Shown piece after piece: positions 48,033 to 56,169 of a stretch of 64,000 nt of DNA (the stretch's first letter is position 1; each line of letters starts with the position of its first letter). Source of the stretch: Pauljensenia sp. (GTDB lineage: Bacteria; Actinomycetota; Actinomycetes; Actinomycetales; Actinomycetaceae); assembly GCA_042645485.1 (NCBI GenBank), contig JBHRQN010000003.1, forward strand, positions 2,450 to 66,449, written 5' to 3'. The notes under the pieces were generated by a model. The model saw nothing but the letters and a program-made list of their open reading frames with translations. It did not search any database and was not told the DNA's origin. The position numbers were made by a program, and so were the translations under genes.

Positions 48033-48985
48033 ATGAGTGTTCAGAGTCGACGCAAACCAAGCAAGCTATGTACCGCAATTGTCTACGGGGTAATCTGGGC
48101 TGGTTTGTTGGCTCTTATAGTTTGCTGTGTTTGCGGAACAGTTGCAGAGATTAGGACTCAGGATGAGGGGCGTTATACCGGGGGGGGTATATCGCCCTGT
48201 ACCTTTTCTTCCTACTTATCCTTGCGGTTTTTAGATCTTGCAGGACGGGAGGGGTCGAGGCGTCGAAGTGGCTGTATCTAACAGTGCAGTTGCTGAATTT
48301 TACCGTTCTTTTGGGGGTGTTTAGAGGCGTACTACGCCTTGCAGGTGGGAATGGTTTCGCCTTCTTCCTCGGTAATCCGGAACCTGGAGTTGTTTCCCTC
48401 TATGAAGCGTTCTTTATTTGGTTTCTTTTCCTGGTCGGCGCAGCTCTTCAGATGCTGTCGGTGATGAATGATAAGTATCGAAACGAAATACGTATCGGTG
48501 TCGGCGGCATATTGTTCATCATCAGTATTTTTCTACCGAACATGCTCAGTTCGTTTGCGTTACTACGGGCAATGTGCAGGCGCCCGCTACCGGAAGGGAC
48601 GTGTATCAAGGAGCAATGTCAAACACAAGCAATTGAAACAATCCCGATGTTCACAATGGCAATTGCGTTTTCAGCGGCATTAGCGGTTCTGTTCTTCTTT
48701 ACTATGTTCTCGCCTACAATCGAGCGTTTCATTAGTTCACTAACCGGTGATGGTACTAACGCGAGAGAATCTGGATCGCTTTCAGATGCTCTGGAAGGCG
48801 CTCAGACTCAGCAAAATCTGCCAGGACAAGAGCTTGAAACTGCAGCGCTACCTTCCTCTGCTGAGCCACTACCGCCTGCAGCGAATCGTCATAGCCCTTG
48901 TGGAATTTTTACCGCTGCTGTCCTTGGAGGAGTCGTCGTCTGGGCGATCCAAGCGATTGGAGAACGAACGACCAAACACCGATAA
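48033..48985 (+). pseudogene. Island paralog B: 6/7-TM Cys-loop membrane protein split by a frameshift at a G8 tract (ORFs 48033-48281 and 48284-48985)
   Basis: The frame of the 48284 ORF is open back to 48188, immediately after the G run. One extra G (or two fewer) fuses both ORFs into about 317 aa with a hydrophobic segment YIALYLFFLLILAVF across the junction. Confidence 0.7.
48180..48187 (+). repeat. Homopolymeric G8 tract inside island paralog B
   Basis: Read directly: ...TATACC GGGGGGGG TATATC... Confidence 0.95.
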
Positions 48986-49073
48986 GTCGCTTGCATGCAC
49001 TTGGAACGAATTCTGAATGGAGGCGTGAGTCAAGACGCTATTCTTGAAGAATAACGTTCACACGGAGGCTGGT

Positions 49074-50153
49074 ATGCGCAAAACTCTCCCCAACGACATC
49101 AAAGAAATCCTCGCAAGCGGGGACGTTGAGGCCGTGGCTGAGGCAGTGAAAAACTGCGAGATCGGCGCATATCTGCGGAGCGAATACGGAAAGCCCAAGC
49201 TCTTGCACCTCCTCTGCTCGCAAGAGATCGTCGAGTTCTTGGTCGCTCGAGGCGAGGACATCAACTGTCGCAATGAACGCGGACAAACTCCCATTCACTG
49301 CCGCGTCACGCAACGTCGACCCGATCTGATCCCCGGTCTCATTGCCCTTGGCGGCGATATCAATGCCCGAGATAACACGGACCAAACTCCGTTGTTCGGC
49401 GCTGTCGAACGCCTAGACGCGCCTGAGGTAGAACAGATGATCCAATGGGGCGCTGACCCTACTCTCGATGCGCATTCAAAGATCTATGGGGACTACACCC
49501 TGACGAAGTACGCGCTCAGTTGGTACAACTTGTTTGATTCGCCCAGAATCCTGCGTATTTTCAAAGTTTTATGCGCTCATGGCGCACACCCAAGCGGTGA
49601 GGAATATAAAGCTCTTCAAGCCATGGATAAAGATCGCTGCTCGATCATCGCCCACAGCCCCGAAGACGCTAACAATCCCCGCTTCCTCGAAGCCGCGGAA
49701 GCCTTGCGACAGCTGTGCGAAATGTTCGGCGTCGCTCAGCAAGTTGCGCGTCCCGCCCCAAGCGTTGGAGAAAAGCTCGAGCTCGATCCTTCAAAGAGCT
49801 GGAAGAAACTTTCCAACGAACTCTGGGACTTGCTAGTTCCACTTGATAATCAGGCCGAGACACTTCAAGGCGAAGCCATCAGGATCACGGGCAAGGTTGC
49901 CTACGAGGTCTACGACAATGGCGGCATTAACTGGGAACCGACCTTTAACGCACTTCTCCAGCAATTCCTCGAGATCATTTCCTCCGAGGTCCCCCTCAGT
50001 GCAGACGAGCTTGCGCGCGCCAAGCAAGCAGTGGGGGACCTTCAGGGAGGAAAATCAACCGAGGCCAGCGATGTCTTGAGGGAAGCCGCTGTTCACTGGG
50101 TGTTTGCCAATCCTGTCTTGTACGCAAACACCCTGCCTTTCCTTGGCCGGTAA
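49074..50153 (+). CDS. Ankyrin-repeat protein with an uncharacterised C-terminal domain
   Basis: Trimmed to ATG 49074 behind GGAGG. Ankyrin repeats (GEDINCRNERGQTPIH, GGDINARDNTDQTPLFGAV, WGADPTL). No signal peptide. Confidence 0.75.
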   Translation: MRKTLPNDIKEILASGDVEAVAEAVKNCEIGAYLRSEYGKPKLLHLLCSQEIVEFLVARGEDINCRNERGQTPIHCRVTQRRPDLIPGLIALGGDINARDNTDQTPLFGAVERLDAPEVEQMIQWGADPTLDAHSKIYGDYTLTKYALSWYNLFDSPRILRIFKVLCAHGAHPSGEEYKALQAMDKDRCSIIAHSPEDANNPRFLEAAEALRQLCEMFGVAQQVARPAPSVGEKLELDPSKSWKKLSNELWDLLVPLDNQAETLQGEAIRITGKVAYEVYDNGGINWEPTFNALLQQFLEIISSEVPLSADELARAKQAVGDLQGGKSTEASDVLREAAVHWVFANPVLYANTLPFLGR

Positions 50154-50162
50154 ATACCAGCT

Positions 50163-51878
50163 TTACTCTTCGCTGCCCTTACGGCGGCGCACCCGCTTTC
50201 GTGGTGCGGGCGAGTGCTCGCCTCGGCCTCGGCCCTTGGTTCCGCGGTCAGAACGTCCCTGCTTTCCGGAATTCAGTGTCTGATCACCATCCTTGCGGGT
50301 ACGGCGTCGGGTGCGAGTCCGCTCGCCGGAAGCTGAACGCTCCCTGCGTCCTCCCGAGCGGGCGGAGGAACGACCACCGCGGCCTCGGCCTCGTCCACGG
50401 CGGGAAGGAGCGCCCAAATCCTCAAGCTTTTCGGCGCCAAGTCCCTCGCGCGTACGCTTCGCACGAGGCAAGCGCCCAGTGACGTCCTCGGGAATATCCA
50501 AGTCCGTGTACAGGTGCGGCGAGGTGTGGTAGGTCTCCAGAGGTTCGGGAACTCCCAAGCCTAGCGCCTTCGAAATCAACGACCAGCGCGGGACATCGTC
50601 CCAATCCACGAAGGTCACGGCTGTACCAGAATTCCCCGCGCGACCGGTGCGACCAATGCGGTGGATGTAGACCTTCTCGTCCTCGGGGCACTGGTAGTTG
50701 ATGACGTGGGTGACATCGTCAACGTCGATGCCACGCGCAGCAACATCGGTTGCAACCAAAACATCGACCTTGCCATTACGGAAAGCACGTAGAGCCTGCT
50801 CGCGCGCACCCTGACCGAGGTCGCCGTGAAGTGCGGCAACCGCGAAACCGCGCTCGCTGAGCTCGTCGGCAACGCGCGCAGCCGCACGCTTGGTACGACA
50901 GAAAATCACAGCGCGACCGCGGCCTCGTGCCTGCAAGATACGCGCAACGATCTCGGTCTTGTTCATGGCGTGAGCGCGGTAGATCACCTGCTGGACCGTG
51001 TTGACGGTCTGTCCCTGATCGTCAGGATCTTGCGCGCGAATATGGGTCGGCTGGGTCATGAACTTACGAGCCAGCGTGATCACCGGGCCGGGCATGGTTG
51101 CCGAGAAAAGCATCATGTGACGGTCCGCGGGAATACGCGAAAGCAAAGTTTCCACGTCCGGGAGGAAGCCCAGGTCAAGCATCTCGTCGGCCTCGTCAAG
51201 GACAACGTTTTCCACGCCGTTCAGGTGCAGCACGCCTTGACGGAGCAAATCGATCAAACGCCCGGGGGTACCGACGACGATATCCGCGCCTCGCTTGAGT
51301 GCGTCAATCTGGGGTTCAAAAGCAACGCCGCCGTAGATGTCAACGATGCGCGTCGACAGGTGCGAGGCTGCCGCCCGGAGATCTTCGGCCACCTGCTTGG
51401 TGAGCTCGCGGGTCGGCAAAATGATGAGTGCCTGCGGCATATTCGGATTGAGAAGGTCCTCGTAGCCCTCTTCATCCGGGGCGATGACGTCTTCTAAGAC
51501 GGGGATGCCAAATCCCAGAGTCTTACCGGTACCGGTCTTGGCCTGACCGATGATGTCGTGGCGATCCAGTGCGACGGGAAGAGTCAGGGCCTGGATCGGG
51601 AAGGGGTGGGTGATGCCGCGTTCTTCAAGCGCATCAACGATGGGGTCACTGACCCCGAAATCAGCGAAAGACTTCGCTTCGAAAGTTTCATTTCCCGAGT
51701 TCGTAATATCGGGGGTGGTTTCATCTTCTTGGGTCGAAGGGGCTTTGATTGAGCCCAAACGTACGACGCCAGCAGAGTAGTCAGACGGTGAAGTCACGAT
51801 CAACCTGTTCTGGGAAAAACCCGTTGGAAATTGCAGCCGATCGCGGTTCTTCTTCAAGGGGCATAGGTGCCCGGGCAA
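50163..51878 (-). CDS. DEAD-box ATP-dependent RNA helicase with an Arg/Gly-rich C-terminal tail
   Basis: Q motif FPIQ, AKTGTGKT, VLDEADEMLD, SAT, HRIGRTGRAG. True start uncertain (possibly an internal GTG/TTG upstream of the Q motif). Confidence 0.88.
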   Translation of the reverse strand: MPGHLCPLKKNRDRLQFPTGFSQNRLIVTSPSDYSAGVVRLGSIKAPSTQEDETTPDITNSGNETFEAKSFADFGVSDPIVDALEERGITHPFPIQALTLPVALDRHDIIGQAKTGTGKTLGFGIPVLEDVIAPDEEGYEDLLNPNMPQALIILPTRELTKQVAEDLRAAASHLSTRIVDIYGGVAFEPQIDALKRGADIVVGTPGRLIDLLRQGVLHLNGVENVVLDEADEMLDLGFLPDVETLLSRIPADRHMMLFSATMPGPVITLARKFMTQPTHIRAQDPDDQGQTVNTVQQVIYRAHAMNKTEIVARILQARGRGRAVIFCRTKRAAARVADELSERGFAVAALHGDLGQGAREQALRAFRNGKVDVLVATDVAARGIDVDDVTHVINYQCPEDEKVYIHRIGRTGRAGNSGTAVTFVDWDDVPRWSLISKALGLGVPEPLETYHTSPHLYTDLDIPEDVTGRLPRAKRTREGLGAEKLEDLGAPSRRGRGRGRGGRSSARSGGRRERSASGERTRTRRRTRKDGDQTLNSGKQGRSDRGTKGRGRGEHSPAPRKRVRRRKGSEE

Positions 51879-51983
51879 AATATCTCACGTGCGATCGGTC
51901 AGCACTGTCATTTGTATTCTACGAGGTTGACGTGGATCGCTCGAGGAGGAACCCGTCACGTTTATCTGATGTAGTGTTAGTGC

Positions 51984-52607
51984 ATGGAACGCACCTATGA
52001 ACCTGTGCCGGATCGCGACGCTGACGTTGTTGGTCTGATCGCGTATTCGATTTTGGCTGCAATGACACGCTTGGCAAAGGATAGTGACCAGGCGCCGACT
52101 TTCGAGGCGAAGGTTGAGCATGCGCGCATGGCCACTCGAGTTTTCGATACCTATACCCAGGTCGAAACCTGGTGTCAGCATCGCGGTGTTGACTTAGCTG
52201 AGAAAGCTCAGGCTTTCGATGGGCTATATGACGATCTGGATGCCCGTACTCGACCGACGACCTGGTATGAGCGCACGGTCAAAACCTATGTGACCTTGGG
52301 AATCTTGGGTGGTCTGCTGCGTGAGATTGCGTCGCGTAAAAACCTGTTCCCGGAAGCAAAGTGGGATCTTGAGCAGGGGGAGTGGGAGCGCCAGAATTTG
52401 GCTCCGATTTTCGAGGCCGATGAGCAGCTTGCCGCACGCCTGTCGTTGTGGGCGCGAAGGGTTGCTGGAGAGGTATTGGGATTGGTGCGCTCAACCCTCT
52501 TCATGCACCCTGAGTTATCGGATTCTCCCGAAGACGCAGATACTATTGCTCAGACTTTGAGCGTTGAGCATGCAGAGCGCATGAAAGGAATCCACCTGCG
52601 CGGTTAG
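51984..52607 (+). CDS. Ferritin-like-fold conserved actinobacterial protein
   Basis: All-helical 207-aa ORF in the position conserved next to the DEAD-box helicase and DUF3107. Assigned by resemblance only. Confidence 0.5.
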   Translation: MERTYEPVPDRDADVVGLIAYSILAAMTRLAKDSDQAPTFEAKVEHARMATRVFDTYTQVETWCQHRGVDLAEKAQAFDGLYDDLDARTRPTTWYERTVKTYVTLGILGGLLREIASRKNLFPEAKWDLEQGEWERQNLAPIFEADEQLAARLSLWARRVAGEVLGLVRSTLFMHPELSDSPEDADTIAQTLSVEHAERMKGIHLRG

Positions 52608-52645
52608 ACGCAGATGGATAAGTATCAGCTGATTTCGGCTTGCTC

Positions 52646-52888
52646 TTAGTGAATAGCAAAGCCGACGCGGTGCGTCTGCGGGGCAGTTACGCGCACGTAG
52701 GAAATTGCTTGGGCGGGAATGAGCGTCTTCTCTCCCTTAGTGTCCGTAAGGATCAGGGGAGTCTGCTCGCGTAGGGAATTAGTGACTTGGGCGAAGAGTT
52801 CATCTTCGCTGAGGTCCAGTTCGAGGTCGAGTTCGCGCGGGCTGGCGTTGATACCGATCGTGATGTTCACTGCGACTCCCAGGTTCAT
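52646..52888 (-). CDS. DUF3107-family small protein
   Basis: NITIGINASPRELDLELDLSEDELFAQV...TDTKGEKTLIPAQAISYVRV...RVGF matches the DUF3107 pattern. Confidence 0.75.
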   Translation of the reverse strand: MNLGVAVNITIGINASPRELDLELDLSEDELFAQVTNSLREQTPLILTDTKGEKTLIPAQAISYVRVTAPQTHRVGFAIH

Positions 52889-53022
52889 TGATTGGGGTTA
52901 ACTTTTCACTCTCATGGTACGTGAGGAGGAAAGCGGCGCTGGGGGATTTCAGTGTCAGCGTAATTTCGCTTAGAAGCCCAAAGTGGTCTCCAAATGCCGG
53001 TGGCCTCTGTCAAAATCACTAT

Positions 53023-56000
53023 ATGAACAACACACCGGTGCGTATCACGGTTGGATCTGAGTTCTCAGGCCTACCGGAACTCAGCGACCATCAGCGATTT
53101 CTGCTTAAGCAGATAACTGAAGGTGATGCTGTATTTCGCGGTGCACCCGGAAGCGGGAAGACGACTCTTCTTCTTGCCGCTGTCGCTGAACTTGTACGCA
53201 ACGACCACTCGTTTTTAGTTCTCACTCCAGATCGTTCACGAGCCGATCAATTGATGCCTGCGGTACAAGCACTTGCTCCCAATGCGGTACGCCCGGTTCG
53301 AACCCCCATTGGGTGGGCCTATTCAATCGTGTCGCAGTGGCGAAATACGCGTGACCAACCGCTGGGTGATGTTGAGCTCCTGACGGGAGCAAACATGGAT
53401 CGCATGGTCTTAGAACTGCTAGAAGAAACTGCGATTCAATGGCCTGAAGAACTTTCCGATACCATCCGTTCACTTCCGGCATTTCGGATGGAACTACGTG
53501 ATCTCATTGATACTGCTGCGGAGTCTGGGACAACTGCTGAGAATCTAGAGGAGCTCGGCCGCATTCGCGCAATGGAGCAGTGGGTGAGTCTTGCGCCCCT
53601 TCTCAGGAGGTGGAACGAACTTCCGCAGTTGGGGGTGGAGTTCCGAGGAACCATGCTGGCACACGGTGCTGGATTGGGAAGGCAAGCTGCCCAGCTCCTT
53701 ACCGAATGGGATGATCGTGCGCAGTCCGCCGGGGTACGAATTTTTACCCCGCTTCCGCAATACCTTTTGATCGATGATCTACAGGACTGCACTCCCTCGC
53801 TGCTAGCGCTACTTCATGTCGCGCACCAATTGGGAAGTCGCATCATTGCTTTCTCGAATCCAGATCTCTCAGTAACCTCATACAAGCGCGGTTATGCCCA
53901 TATGGATCTCGATCTGGCCAGAATCTTCGACGTTCAAATCGAAGACTGTGGGGAAAGCTACGTCGGTACTCCTCAGCTTCATGCCTTGAATCTCTCGCTT
54001 GCCTCACGCATTACGCAAAGCGGACCCGCTGGAAGAAGAAATGCCCCGTTTGCTGGCGACTCTGAAAGAGGGCTCGGTGAACAGGGGGTACATATCCACA
54101 ACTGCGCCAGCCTTGCACAGATGGGGGCGGCTTTGGGATATCAGCTGCGCTCCCACTATCTGCGTGACAACATTCCTTGGTCGCAGCAGGTAGTGATTGT
54201 CCGCTCGCAATCTCTCATTCAGCAGGCAAGAAGGGCCCTGAAACGTAGCAAGATCCCCCTTGCTGGAGGTCAACAAGCCTTCAATTTTGCCTCCAATTCA
54301 ATGACCAGCGCGTTGCTGAAAGCCTTAATTCCGAATGAAGACAATGGCGTGGGAGTGATCGATCGCTGGCTACGTTCAGATCTGATCTCGATCGATGCCC
54401 TGCATGTGAGTTCGCTTCTTCACAACTATGTTTGGGCGCATAGCGATCAGAAGTTGGCACAGGGACGCGTTCAGCACCTCAGTACAGATACGGTCTCTCG
54501 CATTCTTCAGGACCCCTCTCTTCTCTCACAGAATGTAGAAACGGAACTGCGCAAGCTTCTGAAGGCCTCGACGTTATGGAAAGAAGTAGAAGCCCTCAGT
54601 CCTCAAAAAGCGCTCTGGGAAGCATGGGCGACGGCAGATGTAGCGGAGGAACTCAGCCAACGGGCATTAGCGCATGACTCGGATTCAGATTATTTTGATG
54701 ACGTCTTAGATTCGGTGATAGCACTGTTTAGAGTGGCGGATATCTGGCAACAAAGAAATCCGCAGAGAACCGCCGCAGAGTTTGCGCGTGAGCTCCTTGA
54801 ATCCGACGTCGCTACCGACACCATTGCTGCAACCGCATATCGCCACGAAGGGATCCAGGTCCTCACCCCAGAACAGGCAGTGGGGCAGCATTGGGATGTC
54901 GTGGCAATTTATGGGCTTCAAGATGGCAGTTGGCCCGATCTGCGGCTTCGACAGCGCTTGCTGCGCGCTGATCTTCTTGGGGAGATCACACGCAGTAACG
55001 ACCCGGCCCAAGAGATCATTGATGATCCTCGGATCCAACGTAGGGCAGTTTTAGACGATGAACTTCGGCGACTTCTTGCTGCCGTTTCACGAACGAATCT
55101 GGCACTGCACATTGGAGTTGTTTCCAATGAAGACCAGGCACCATCACAATTTGTTGAACTTGTTGCACAAGGGGCAGGGATCGAAATCCCTGAAGACGGC
55201 TTTGCGATTGAAGACGTTCCGCCTGCATTAGACCTATCTGGTCATATCTCCAGACTGAGGTATCTTGCCGCGCAGGAGCATGACCCCCAAATATCTCAGC
55301 TTGCTACCCGTCTGCTTGCAATTCTTGCCAGACGCGGGGTGCCCAGCGCAATCCCCAGCAATTGGATCGGAGCCGGAGGGATCAGCTCGGATAGCCCGAT
55401 CTACGAGCAGCAACGTGTCGCCGTGAGTCCTTCCAGCTTTGATAGCGCACGTCAATGTATTCTTCGCTGGTTCTTTGCTTCCAATAGCGGCACTTCAATG
55501 CCAACGCAGAGTGCAGCAGATGGAACCTTAATCCACAGCCTGGCTGAGCGCTTCCCATGCGGGCCTCGCAGCGCTGTTATGGATGCGCTCCAAGAAGAGA
55601 TTCGTGCAATGGGCGTGGATGAAGGGCAGGCTGCCAGCAAGATCCACATGGATCACCTTCGAGAGATGGCATCTGCGCTCGGTGAATATCTTGAGCAATC
55701 AGCTCAAACGGGAGGCTTGGCAGCCCCGGACGGAAATGTTCAAGTCGAAGTGCCATTCGATGTTCCGATCTCTTCAGTTCACATCCGCGGAAGAATTGAC
55801 CGAATGGAATTGGACGGCCAAGGCGTCCGGATTATTGACTTCAAGACTGGGAAGAAGGGAAATAAAACTGGCGCGAAAAAGGACCCGGACCATCCGCAGC
55901 TCGCTCTCTATCAACTTGCAGTCGAACAACTGGGTTATGAAGTTCTAGGAGCAGAGCTCAAATATCTTGGCTACGGTGACGTCCGGACCATCTCGCAAGA

Positions 56001-56169
56001 CCCCTTAGACCCGGAAACAAGGGCGGATTGGATTAGTCAGCTTGATGAGATTGGGCAGAAAATGAAAGGCCCATCTTTTATCGCGACACCCTCTGATGAA
56101 GCATGCCAATACTGCGAGTTCGCCCGTTCTTGCCCGGCTCGTGAGCAAGGAAAGAGGAGTGTGGAATGA
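53023..56169 (+). CDS. adnA: AdnA-like helicase-nuclease subunit (UvrD-like motor plus C-terminal PD-(D/E)XK nuclease with Cys cluster)
   Basis: ORF 52888-56169 trimmed to ATG 53023. Walker A GAPGSGKTT. Nuclease motif GRIDRMELD...IIDFKTGK, QLALYQLA. C-terminal CQYCEFARSC (CxxCx5C). Confidence 0.75.
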   Translation: MNNTPVRITVGSEFSGLPELSDHQRFLLKQITEGDAVFRGAPGSGKTTLLLAAVAELVRNDHSFLVLTPDRSRADQLMPAVQALAPNAVRPVRTPIGWAYSIVSQWRNTRDQPLGDVELLTGANMDRMVLELLEETAIQWPEELSDTIRSLPAFRMELRDLIDTAAESGTTAENLEELGRIRAMEQWVSLAPLLRRWNELPQLGVEFRGTMLAHGAGLGRQAAQLLTEWDDRAQSAGVRIFTPLPQYLLIDDLQDCTPSLLALLHVAHQLGSRIIAFSNPDLSVTSYKRGYAHMDLDLARIFDVQIEDCGESYVGTPQLHALNLSLASRITQSGPAGRRNAPFAGDSERGLGEQGVHIHNCASLAQMGAALGYQLRSHYLRDNIPWSQQVVIVRSQSLIQQARRALKRSKIPLAGGQQAFNFASNSMTSALLKALIPNEDNGVGVIDRWLRSDLISIDALHVSSLLHNYVWAHSDQKLAQGRVQHLSTDTVSRILQDPSLLSQNVETELRKLLKASTLWKEVEALSPQKALWEAWATADVAEELSQRALAHDSDSDYFDDVLDSVIALFRVADIWQQRNPQRTAAEFARELLESDVATDTIAATAYRHEGIQVLTPEQAVGQHWDVVAIYGLQDGSWPDLRLRQRLLRADLLGEITRSNDPAQEIIDDPRIQRRAVLDDELRRLLAAVSRTNLALHIGVVSNEDQAPSQFVELVAQGAGIEIPEDGFAIEDVPPALDLSGHISRLRYLAAQEHDPQISQLATRLLAILARRGVPSAIPSNWIGAGGISSDSPIYEQQRVAVSPSSFDSARQCILRWFFASNSGTSMPTQSAADGTLIHSLAERFPCGPRSAVMDALQEEIRAMGVDEGQAASKIHMDHLREMASALGEYLEQSAQTGGLAAPDGNVQVEVPFDVPISSVHIRGRIDRMELDGQGVRIIDFKTGKKGNKTGAKKDPDHPQLALYQLAVEQLGYEVLGAELKYLGYGDVRTISQDPLDPETRADWISQLDEIGQKMKGPSFIATPSDEACQYCEFARSCPAREQGKRSVE

